DNA of 64,000 nt from Chrysomallon squamiferum (Eukaryota; Animalia; Mollusca), in the NCBI GenBank assembly GCA_012295275.1, contig CM022677.1, positions 12,710,001-12,774,000 on the forward strand. The letters run 5' to 3'. The notes under the pieces were generated by a model. The model was given only the letters and a program-made list of their open reading frames with translations. It was not told the DNA's origin and made no database searches. The stretch's first letter is position 1; each line of letters begins with the position of its first letter. Shown here piece after piece: positions 52,105 to 64,000 of the stretch. The position numbers and the translations under genes were made by a program.

Positions 52105-53074
52105 ATCTGTGTCTGTATATGTATCTTTCTCTCTATGTCTCTCTCTATAACTCGCTTTCTTCTCTATTTTACCTAAAGCAAAGTTAACCAACAACAAAAG
52201 CAACAGCTATAACATCATATATATTAACAATAACAACAATAATAAAAATAGTAATAATTATGTACTACAATAACAATAATATCAATGTTAGGAATAATAT
52301 CAATAATAAAAATAAAAACAAACAAAAATTAAAGATAGATGAAACACACACACACAAACGTAATTATACTTTTGAACACCTGAATTGATGTTACATGCCA
52401 CGCTCCAGAAATCATTATATTTGTGAAATTTAAATAACGTATCAGTATGAAAAGAGTGAAAAACAGTATTTATATGTATTTGAAATTTTTATACTACATT
52501 TTTAAAGTAATTTTTTCTAATCATAATAAATAACATACACATTTTCACGTATCAAAACGGAATTTCATAACAACTTTAAATTCTTGATCTTATTTTTAGT
52601 CTGAATAGCATGAATGAAGAAATATTAAGTTTTTAGTAAAGAAACGTTTTAAATATATGAAATAAATTAAGAATGCACAGAGATACTACTACTACTACTA
52701 CTACTACTACTAATGTCAGTTTCATAGACTAGAGAGTCTAAGGGAAATAACTCTGTTGTCCGTTAATAATAGGAATGAATATTACTATGATAATGGATAA
52801 CAACATTAACAACAAAACATTTTTTGAAAAAGGAAAATAAAAAAAATAATAATGATATATTTTCGAATTTATATTTCTGTTTCATTTAATTCGTTTAGTT
52901 ATTTGCTAAAGAATTTATGAACAAAATTATATTATATTAGTTTATCGTGTATAGGATATGCTATTTAATTATTCAGCGAAGATAATAAAAAATAATTCGA
53001 ATAAACTAAAGTATTCACATAACAGAAGACTGTAACAGCAGGATAATAAAAAAAATTGTTTAAGAAATAAAAAA

Positions 53075-53900
53075 CGCATGCTCCCTGCCCCCCTGCCCTA
53101 GTCCCCCACAGGCCGGATGTCTGCCCCGCACTCAGACAGATTGTGAAGGTACCAAAACCATGTTGAAACTTTAGAGTTTCTTGTCAGCATGTTCATGTGT
53201 ATCAGATTCTGTTATCGAATCTCGGCGTACGGCGTTTTTGGAGGTTCCACAGCAGTACTTTGCGAGTGAAAGATTGTGAAAAAATCACATAAGCCGTGAC
53301 GTGTCACCGGAAGTGGGAGGAGTTTACTCGGCGAAGTACAAATTATATCGATTAGAGTTATCTCCCTTTAGTGATATGTGCTCACAAACACAGATTAGAG
53401 TTAGGTCCCATACATGAGATGTACTCAGTAAACAAAGTAAAAATTATATCGAATAGACTTATCTCCATTTAGTGATATGTGTTCACAAACATAGATTAGA
53501 GTTATGTCCCTTACGTGAGATGTACTCACTAAGCAAAGCAAAAATTATGTCGATTAGAGTTATCTCCCTTTAGTGATCTGTGTTCACAAACGTAGATTAG
53601 AGTTATGTTCCTTACGTGAGATGCATTCACTAAAGTAAAAATTATATCGACTGGAGTTATCTCCCTTTAGTGATATGTACTCACTAAGCTTACGTACGTT
53701 AATTATCCGTACGGGATAAATGGAATCTCCAAAAACGCCGAGATTCGATGTTTTAAAGTTTCAACTTGGTTCTGAGTCAGAGGGCGGTGCAGACAGCCAG
53801 CGTGCGGGGGTAGGGCAAGGGGGTGGATAGATAAAAAGGAGTGAGAACACTTTCCCCTGGCAGACAGCCCGTGCTTCCGGGGTAGGGCGGGAGGGCATGT
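53075..53900. mobile_element. Probable non-autonomous element with GC-rich inverted ends and an internal ~120-bp tandem array (53340-53690)
   Basis: Left catgctccctgccccctgcccta versus right ggggtagggcgggagggcatg; three copies of aattatatcgattagagttatctcccctt-type units. Confidence 0.55.
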
Positions 53901-54729
53901 GTTCAACTCTCCTTTTCTGTCCGGGACCCTAAGCTCACCCGTTTTTATGCTATCCACACCGACTGTCTGTCCTGCATATAGATGGAGCTACTGATAAACA
54001 CAGGCTGAAGTTTGTACAAGCACTAGGGGCTTTTAAGATTAAACTGGTAATTAAATATTAAAAAAGTAATATGTTTTTGTTTATTGACTGAAAATATAGA
54101 AACTTATCTAGTGATCATATATTGCAATTATTGATAATGACTTCAGGATCTATCTGATCTATCTTTCTATCCGTGCATACACATACATACACATGCACGT
54201 ATGCACTTACACACTGTCTGATAGAGGTAAGCTGAAAATCGACTGAATATTGATGAGTATAAATAAAATATATATGAATCCATGTGTGTGTTGGTGTACA
54301 CATTTGTATACAAAAACACACATACACAACAAACACATAAATTAAGCTATGCATTTCTTTCTTTATTTATTTATTTTCTATTTGTTTGTCATCCAATTTC
54401 CAATCCAGAGACTAATGCAAGCATTATTAGAGATTTTAAAAGTTAATTTTGTAATAAGATTTTAAATAATTACATATATTTATCTTGTCAAACAATTTAT
54501 ATTTGTTAAACAGTTTACACAAATTCTTTGAGGTATAAATAATTTTTATCAATATTCTGCCTTATAACATGATCAGTATAACATTAATTCATAGATAATT
54601 TTGCATATCTGATCAATAACCTGTCTTAAAGATATTAATATATCTTGGAATTGGATCCTCACCAACTCATGTATTGACAGCAGCAGACTATTCTGCACTG
54701 GCAGAACAACTGAAGTATTGCTGAAGTAC

Positions 54730-55205
54730 TAGTGACAGATTAGTAGTAATATCAGTAGAGTCGTTGAAGTAACAGTGGGAGATTACAAGTAATAGCAGTA
54801 GTATCGCTGAAATAACAATGACAGATTAGTAATAATAATAGTATTATTGCTGAAATAACAGTCACAGATTAGTAGTAATAGCAGTATATAGCAAAAAGTA
54901 ACAGCGACAGATTAATAGTAATATCAGTAATATCTCTGAAGTAGCAGTCACAGATTAGTAGAAATAGCAGTAGTATGGCTGAAGTAACAATCTCAGAGTA
55001 GCAATGGTAGCAGTAGTATTGCTGAAGTAACTGATTGATTAGTAATAGCAGCAGTAACGGCAGTAGTAATAGCAGTAGTATCGCTGAATAACAATGGTAG
55101 GTTAGTAACAATAGTATGTCTGAAGTAACAGTGATAGATTAGTAATAATAGCAGTAGTATCGCTGAAGTAACAGTGATAGATTAGTAGTAATACAGTAGT
55201 AATAC
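54730..55205. repeat. ~42-45-bp minisatellite
   Basis: Unit cagattagtagtaatagcagtagtatcgctgaagtaacagtga, about 10 copies. Confidence 0.85.
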
Positions 55206-55207
55206 AG

Positions 55208-56050
55208 TAGCAATTCAAACTTCCCACTCAAATTCACCAAAAAACAACAAAGAAAAACATTAGACAACCTCGCACAATCCACAGTCACAGAACAGGTGAA
55301 ATACAATCTTCACTTGAATATAAATGAATTAAATTAATCCCTTAAAAAGAAAAACAGGACCAGACAAAATACACAGCAGAAGTGTTTGCCATCATCAGAG
55401 CTATGCTATGGGTAAAACACAGTAACAACAAACACACTGTCATATTCTCAGACAGCCTCAGTTCCGTCACCATACAATCTGGACATTCCTACATACCTAC
55501 TCAACAGAATAAACCACCTACACGAAGACATCCTAAACAACAACAAACAATTAATTATTGAGTGGCTACCAGCACATGTTGACATTATCGTCAATCAACT
55601 TGCCGACCATTACGCCAAAGACAAAGACATCTGCACTGACATACACTATAGAACAAATGAAGTCCTATCCATCGCAGCGAAACATTACGACAAACAGTGG
55701 CAAAACGAATGGAATAACACTAAAAACGTTTATCTGGCACTTCAATACTAAACCGCTCACCAAAACACCTAAAATCACACTTACCAACAAACTACACAAC
55801 AACAGTCTGACCAAACTCAGAATCGGCAACTCGACCAACCTAAACTCAGGCAGATTCAAATGTGAAATCATCATATCACCCAACTGCAGCTGATGACTTT
55901 GTTATTTCACAGTTTTTACCAAGGAATGATTAACACTACGAGACACGTGATGAACTAACAACTGAGTTCACACTTCAAAACATGAAATATAGAGAACTAG
56001 TCCTCGCTGGAGTAACAGCTTACATTTTGAACATAAAATACAAAATTAAT
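55208..56050 (+). mobile_element. Internally deleted I-group LINE fragment with RNase H
   Basis: 55208-55375 resembles the reverse complement of ~25870-26050 (ends in GPDKI), then jumps to RNase H motifs VIFSDSLS and IEWLPAHVDIIVNQLADHYAK, then LTKLRIG. Confidence 0.8.
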
Positions 56051-56755
56051 TCAAAAATATAATTAAAAATAACACAAACCATCACAAACCAAATTTATTT
56101 TTTTATTTAAATTATAAAGATAAAATAATAAACACATTTACAAACAAAACATCAAGCAAACACACTCTACACAAAACAATAAATATATTAATTAATTGAC
56201 TTACAGACTGATTTATTTTTTAGTCTTTTATAAACAATAAATACATCAAATAACTTACATTAAAATTACGTTTTTGATATTTTAATTGATTGAAATCAAA
56301 AATTAAAATTCTTTACTTTCGACAGTGCAGACGATACGACACTTTGATATTGAAAAAATCAGACAAAGTGTAACATCCCATTTCCAGTAAACAAATTAAT
56401 GACAAATTATCAACTGTACGTGTTTTAATTTAATGGACAAAGTGATAATGAAAAATATAAATCAAATTACGAAACTGTTTGTATTCGTTTATTTTAAATA
56501 AAAACGTCAATTACGAAACTGTAAATGGAATTAATATATGTTTGTTTTTCAGTGCAAATAAAAAAGTAGTTTGATGTAAAAATATAAGAAAACAAATATA
56601 GAAAAATTAAACGCAAGACGAAGGATGATTGAATTCGAGATAATTATTAGAAGAGAACAATGAAAAAACGATTGAGAAGAAAATAAGAAAAAGAGAAAGA
56701 AAGATGAGAAAATAAAATGAACAGAATAAAATAAAATAAAAGAGAACGTTAAAAG

Positions 56756-56813
<58 letters not shown>

Positions 56814-56961
56814 AATAAATAAAAGAAATTAAAAACAAAGGAGAAAGATCAAGAAAAGAAAGAAAGAAGAAATAAAAAACAGGTCAAGGTTGTAAAGTTT
56901 GTTTCGCTGTCTTTACTGCGCGAGTTTCTTCACGTATTAATAAAACCTAAAGTTAACTTTA

Positions 56962-56994
<33 letters not shown>

Positions 56995-58261
56995 GGAAAT
57001 AAGTGAATGTACAAATAACACTTTATCAGCACATTATACACAATTAAAAACTTTGTATTCTGTATGGCGTAAATGTGTTCATAGTCTCTTTAAGTAAATT
57101 TATATATACTGTTAAAAAAAGTAAGGTACTCTAATGGTGTTTTTACAACTGCCAAATGTGTATGTAAGTTAACTGTGGGGACGGTGAAAAATATTATTAA
57201 ATAAATGAAGGATCGGAACGAGTTTCATCGTCTGCGTAAAAATGATTAAAAACAAAACGATAATAACTGTATCATCGACAGAATGAAAACAACAACAACA
57301 ACAAAAAACAAAAAACAAAACAACAACATGATAATTGATAAAACAATAAACAGTAGAAACAATAAATAAACAAATAAATAAATAAATGTTGTTTTTCTTG
57401 GGGAGAGGTTTATGTTGTCATCTCCCTAAATAAATAATTAATAATCTGATTTATGTAAGTTTCAGGTGGGTGATGATATAAAATTTAATGAAATATTTAA
57501 TGAAAAGTATGACTATATTATTAATGATAATATCCATCGTTTAAAACCTCTTTTACTAAGATAGTTATAAGATAAGTGATAAGAGACATTTAAAAACATG
57601 CTGCGGATACTGAAAAATGAAAGCAATTATTTAAACTTAATTGAAATACTGAATTTATTTCATACAATTTGGTATAGAAATAGAATAAAATAACTAATTC
57701 AGGAAAACATAATTTGCATTGCTCTCTTTTCCATTTTTTTTTTTTTTTTAGTCTCTTGATGACAAACGTCTTTCTGAAATGAACAACGCTAAATTCTGTT
57801 AACTGTGTCACAAGCGTTTCTCATCAAACTCAGCAAAATAATATTTGTTATAAATATAACAATTTATTTTATTTCGTGTCTATATATATATATATATATA
57901 TTGTAACTGATTCAGTACCAGTTACTGGAAATGTTACATAGATTTATTCTATTATTTATTTTTTAATTGATGTATATATTACCATTATTATTTCTATTAT
58001 TATATCTATTGTTGTTGGTGTGGCTATTGTTAGTATTATTCATTGAAAAATATTTAGTATTTCTTCTACAGTGTCTTTTTTAAATTAACAATCTTACAGT
58101 TACGTAATTATAATTCTACAGCTTAGAAAAAGTATATTTGTAAAATATACACAACGCTTTGCCAGGAATTTAAAAATAATACTTTCTTCTATTACTACTT
58201 CTGTCAGGAAGAGAAAAAAACAACACGAAAACACCCCACGAAAAAACAATATTCGATCCTA

Positions 58262-58833
58262 AACATTACAGGTGTGATTTTACTGTGAAAACTCTGTGTA
58301 CATTCAGAAATATAGATTGGGGTTTCGGGTAGCGTGCTTATATAAAAACAGTAGAAATATATGTGAAGTCCAACATGTCGAGAACGCTTCCATACTAATG
58401 TGACATTTTATTAACACGTTTCACTGAAAAGCTAAGTAGGAGTAATTTTAAACGACGTTATGAAAATAAGAACCGCCATCACTATTTATGTTACATGTTT
58501 TATGTTTGTTAACAGAGGCGTAGAGGTAATAGTATGTATTAAAAACATGAAACTGGAGATCTAACTCGCTCTATTTCTCAGTTTCTAAATTATTCCTGTA
58601 GAATGTAAGCCAAGTATCAACTCGTCAGCTACTGTTCAAAAAAGGGTACATAACTCTCTATTTCCCTGCAGCATTTTATGTTTTTGTTTTTTAAATTCAC
58701 AGTTTCAGAGATTTAATTTTAACTGAAGAAAAATGTGACATTTTATATTTTCATACCTACATAATACCTTATAATAAATGTAAGCCATAATTTTTATTTA
58801 TTTATTTATTTATTTATTTACTTATTATTTATT

Positions 58834-58871
<38 letters not shown>

Positions 58872-59450
58872 TTGAGCTTCTCAAATAAATATCTGGCTCA
58901 TTTTCACCTTTTTATTTTTATATAAACAAAAATATAAATTAATACAAAAATACAACATCATGTTTTGTTTGTCAATAAAGTGTATTGAAAAGTGGATATC
59001 TCCAGTGTACTTGTCTGTGTGAAGCTATAGCTATATCATAAAATATACTGACATCCAGACTAGAGCGATGATGTAAACTTTTGAAGTCTTATGGATATTG
59101 AGAAGTAAAGAAATCGAATAAAGATTAAAACGTTCTTTTCTTTATATTACTATTGTTGTTGTCGTTGTCGTTGTTGTTATTTTATGTTTATACTGTAGCA
59201 TTATAGTAAACATTACAGGTGTGGTTCCAGATTAGCGTGCTTTTATAAACAACAGTAGAATTATATGTGAATATCGAGAACGCTTCCATACTAATTTGAT
59301 ATATTATTAAAAGAAATTGTTTCACAGAACAGCTAAGTAGGAGTAATTTTACACGGCGTTATGAAAATAAGATGCAACTTCAGTACCGCCATCACTATTT
59401 ATGTTACATGTTTTACAGAGGCGTAGCGGTAATATTATGTATTGAAAACA
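58262..59450. repeat. Dispersed direct repeat of ~250 bp (58262-58550 and 59208-59450)
   Basis: Shared blocks aacattacaggtgtg, tcgagaacgcttccatactaat, agctaagtaggagtaatttt and ccgccatcactatttatgttacatgtttta. Confidence 0.8.
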
Positions 59451-60676
59451 CAGTGTATTCAAAAATAGAGGTATTGTTTTTTAATTAACAATATTAGATA
59501 ATTCTATTTTGCATAATGAATAAATAAATAAATAATAAGCTTAATTTTTCATTAACAGGTATAACGTATCTAACAAATTGAATAATGAAATAACGTTTAA
59601 TAATGCGTATTATTCTGTCTTTTTTTTATTAAGATAGTAGAATTGCAGTTGAGAGGTGAGAGGCTAGATTAAGACGAATTAACTTCACCATGTTAATGAT
59701 ATTTGCAAGGGCATTTTTCTTAAAAGTCTAGAATATAGAGAAACATTAATAGACGTTTTTGTTATTAAAAGTAAAGTGAAAAGGCGAGGATGCGCGCGAT
59801 GAATCTTGTTTATTATACAAGTTCTGTAAATATACTGCGCTGTTACAGATTCATTCTTAATTAACTGTAGAAAGTGATATTCTATTATCTCCCCTAAAAA
59901 TTAAATTGATAATTAGACAATTAATATTCCACTATCTAAGATCCTTCAGTATTTTAGGCATACACAGAACCTCTCCCAGTGAGATAAAATATCATCGCTT
60001 CTTTATTTTCAATGTTTTCTGCAGTGTTTATCGTCTCTTTTACTGAAGTTTTAATTACAGCGACACCTGCACTTATCACTGTAATCTGAGAGGTAGATAG
60101 GTAGGTGGATAGACAGATAGACAGACAAATAGATGGAGAGTGAGACAGACAGACACATATAGAGATAAATCCATAGACAGACATACAGACACACAGACAG
60201 ATAGAAAAACCCAAAACTGATCTGAATAATAAAAATGACCACTAAAAGAAAAGTTGTGAAAAGCGAGGTTAATGTAATATTATATAATAATGTATGTACA
60301 AACATTTTCTTACAAGTTTATTTGCGTATGAAATGTAAAATGTCTATCTATCTCTATGTCCACCAATGTATTTATCTGTCTGTTATTTAACTACATACAT
60401 AAAAACCGTCTCACTGATATCAACTTATGTATATATCTATCCTCTAAGGCAGACACGTATACCAAACTATTTCTTTTCTATGTGTTTGTGTCTGTGTCTG
60501 TGTGTGTCTATCTCTCTATCTGTTTATTTGTTGATAATTGTTTCTTTCTTTATAATGATGACTGTAATACTGACATAACGATATTAACGATAAAAACAAC
60601 AACACTAATTGCAATAATACTAATTAGAATAATTAGTCCGAATCATAATACAAGTGAAATTCAAAACTTCAATAAA

Positions 60677-61260
60677 CTAAACTCTTTGACAAATATCACA
60701 CAAGAATACATTATCTTTAAAGTCTGCACCAGCTGGGATTTCGAGAATTGCGCAAGAATCAAGACAATACCAATTTGGGCACCCGTCACATCCTATGAAC
60801 TCGTCAGAATTCGTTCCATCATCAACTCTGCCACAGAGTTCACATTTTTCTTGTGTATCTGCTACATCTCTGTCTTCTAAAACAATTTTGCCTCTAAAAC
60901 ATTTGCTTTCTTTGCATTTTCTTCCTCCTTCTTCTTCTTCTCTGACAACTCTTCTTCATACCTCTTGACACTTTCTTCTTCTGTCAATGCCTCGTCCTTT
61001 TGATTTTATTGCCACAACTGGTGGAGTAAAATAAAAAGCATATTTCTTGCCTAATTATCACATATTAATCAAGTTTCTTCTGCTGAACTTAAAAAGCGAT
61101 TATATGTTTACCTGTTATAATTTATCACTAACCTTATGTCTATAGGACTAAAAAATAACACTCACTTTGGAATCCTCAAAATACAGTATAGCGGCTGCAA
61201 GTCATAATATACCTCGGAGGCCAGAAGTGCCCTGAGGTCAGAATTACCCCAACTTACTAC
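60677..61260 (-). mobile_element. Probable Pogo-like transposase 3' remnant with PHD-type zinc finger
   Basis: ALTEEESVKRYEEELSEKKKKEEE followed by CELC..FIGCDGCPNWYCLDSC..FLCDICQRV*, the E/K-rich helix + PHD tail seen in some pogo-family transposases. Possible TIR-like ggggtaattctgacc near 61236-61250; no DDE domain seen. Confidence 0.6.
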
Positions 61261-62224
61261 TAGTTTTAAATAAAATAATTTTAGTGAATTTAGTAAATTC
61301 AGTGACTGATCTATATTCACGCGACGTATTTTTTATTTTTATTTTATTATTATTTTTAAGTTTACTAAACACTCAGTCTTTTTTGTATTTTTACCAACGT
61401 GCGTGTTAAATAGAGATGTTTCTCTTAGACCACGGACTTCTGAAATAGATTACTCCTCGCATATACGCGGTGACGGTAAATTGGATTTGTTGCTTTTAGA
61501 TGAAAATAACCAATTTTGTATAATGTTTTGTAGCAGACAGAACCAGCTTATTAACATTCCCTGCATTTTCTTTGTCTTTTAACTAACCAGTTTCCTGTAT
61601 TTTTGATTTATTTAACGAGATATTATTATTTGATGAATTATTGTAAAATTGCTATTTCATTTAATGTTTTTCATTTAATTTTATTTATTCATTTCATTTA
61701 TATTATTTGAAAAAGGGATCACAGTTTTATAATACGAACAACCATATTTATCTTGTAAATCATAAAAAGTTCAGAAAGTAGACGTAAAATAATTGAATTT
61801 GGAAGTTTAAAAACTTCCGTGACCTCATGGAAACTTCCGATCGAAATCCAAGATGGCAGCATCGAACGCCGATCAATATTTACACACTTTTGAACATGTA
61901 GACTTTTACAATGCAATAATTCTACATGGATCATTTGGAGAAGTATGTCATATAACCAATGTCTTTTATACATAGATGGCTAATACTCTGTAGCAATTAC
62001 TGAAAATGTGGTAAAATTTCTTTTTTTATTTTGTTTTTTCTGACGTTGACGTAGTATACCGTCTCGTACCCATTTCGATCTATTTTTTTTTGTTTATTTT
62101 CACTTTTTATTAAGACATCGTCAGCCATTTACTTTTGTTCTGGAGTGTGGTGTATCAAATTCAGACATAAAGAACGAAACAAAAATTTCACCTATAATGT
62201 AAAATAATAATAATAATAATAATA

Positions 62225-62278
<54 letters not shown>

Positions 62279-64000
62279 GATCATGATGATGATGATGATG
62301 ATAATAATGATGATAACAAGAAGAAGAAGAAAATTAAAAGTAATTGGGTGTCATTCAAAACTAAATAAAGCAGAAAATACGTGAAATTACAGATATGTGT
62401 TTGTTGTTTTTGTTTTTACTATGCTAACACTAGAATCAGGTTAGAGAACAATATTGATCAAGAAACAGGTACACACAACAGAACTCACACACTCACACAC
62501 ACACACGCAGCTACCTGTCACTCTGACACAGGGATGCTAGACTAATTGTGTTTGAAATATTTTAATATAGATCTATTTTTCGTTTCAGACTTTTTCGTCT
62601 ATGCTAATTGCTTTATAAAATGGATAAAATGTTAAATCACTTTGTATATATTTATGACAGAGATAAAGAGTTTATTTAGGTTTATGTCTGTATTGGTCAT
62701 TTTCTGCTGCATAAAAACGTGATGTTTTTGCCTCTGATCGGTAGAGAAATAAACTTGTTTTCGTTAAATATTTTAATGTTGTTGTTGTTTTTTATTACCG
62801 AAAGAAACAGATACCTGTCAATACCTCCTCCACTCACACACACACAAACCAGTGGAATTTGCACAGGACAAAACTGATAGAATGAAATTAACTGATATAT
62901 ATTTCACACTAAGGTATGCGATGTTGATAAAAGGAGGTGCTTACATTTTCTATGCACTGCAGAGATTTGAGTTGTTTTATTTTATTAAATGTTTTTCTAA
63001 TTAACTGTTGGTTAATTCTTTGTAACAGATCATATTTAGTATTGTAACAGCTTTATTTATTCTTAGAGACGTCAGTTGTTAGCCTTCCATTTTCTGTCAC
63101 TTTACTAAATATATAATAAAATTATGAAATTAATTCCATATCAGTAATTTTATTATTTTCATTTAGAAACACTTTTACTTATAGGCACTTATGTGTGATT
63201 ATCAGCTTGAAAGAGTCTGGCATTTTGTCTCATGTTGAATGTCGTCAGTAATACTAATAGAAACCATAGAAACCGATTCCAGTCAGAATATTTTTGTCAG
63301 CAGTTCCTACAGTTCCTAGATGTTTTGAGAAGAAAGCATGCAACATCAATAATGGAAAAAAAAGGTAAGTTCTTTTTGAGTGATATTATTTATTCTTGTT
63401 ACATTTTACAGGAAATAAGAAACTATAAGGTGAACTGAAATTTATTTTAACTGAATAATTAAGAGACATAATAACATTCATAATGAAGCTGTAGGGTATT
63501 TATTTAGTTATTTCATGTATTTCGTGTGATCTTTGCGGTTTTTGCCAGGGATCAGCAATGGTCAGAGTTTTTGTAGTGATTTCCACCAGAATAGCTAAAT
63601 GGGTTATATCACTGTGTACATTTCATTGTTGTATGTCACATTTCTGACACTGTCCACACTTAGGTAACTGCATCAAAAACCAGATTATTCTTGCTCTTTG
63701 GCTTGGAGGTCACGTCGAGATGTTTCGTCTGTGTCACACAGTGTGGACTTTGAAATACTCAGAGTCTTTGCTGTATCTCACATTGACTCATAGCAACTTC
63801 AGACGTTTGTCCAATGTGTCAAATTTTCAGAGCAGAAAAACAACACTGGAAATGTTTCTAAGTACTTTAATCCTAGGATTAAATTAGTTTCCTGTTTGAG
63901 AATCCACTTTCCCACTGGAATCTAGGTCAGCATTTGCCAGATTAAACACTGTTTTAAAAATATGTTCATATTATTACTGAATTTTTTTTATTATTCTTAA

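Noticed and set aside
60356-60880. 174-aa plus-strand ORF
   Set aside because: Low-complexity start; it is antisense to the PHD-finger remnant, which is the real coding strand.

Overview
AT-rich, microsatellite- and TE-dense animal nuclear DNA (invertebrate-like, possibly mollusc; host is inference only) with one 200-N gap (37016-37215). The main signal is two related but distinct endogenous parvovirus-like elements about 12 kb apart in opposite orientations. EVE1 (21645-24788, minus strand) is a ~3.1 kb unit with only a 118-aa ORF and an intact 706-aa capsid-like ORF, bounded on both sides by 172-bp inverted terminal repeats (1 mismatch). Its terminal hairpins are in opposite flip/flop isomers, and a short NS1 fragment is fused at the apex of the right hairpin. 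EVE2 (37216-40890, plus strand) has a capsid C-terminus followed on the same strand by a disrupted NS1 (HUH nuclease + SF3 helicase) and then several homologous terminal hairpins. Neither layout fits the standard NS-then-VP parvovirus map: they suggest a bipartite lineage, a lineage with reversed VP-NS order, or both. The rest is degraded Gypsy, I-group LINE, MULE and Pogo-like elements, satellites, a disrupted intronless secreted-protein gene and a TSP1 pseudo-exon.
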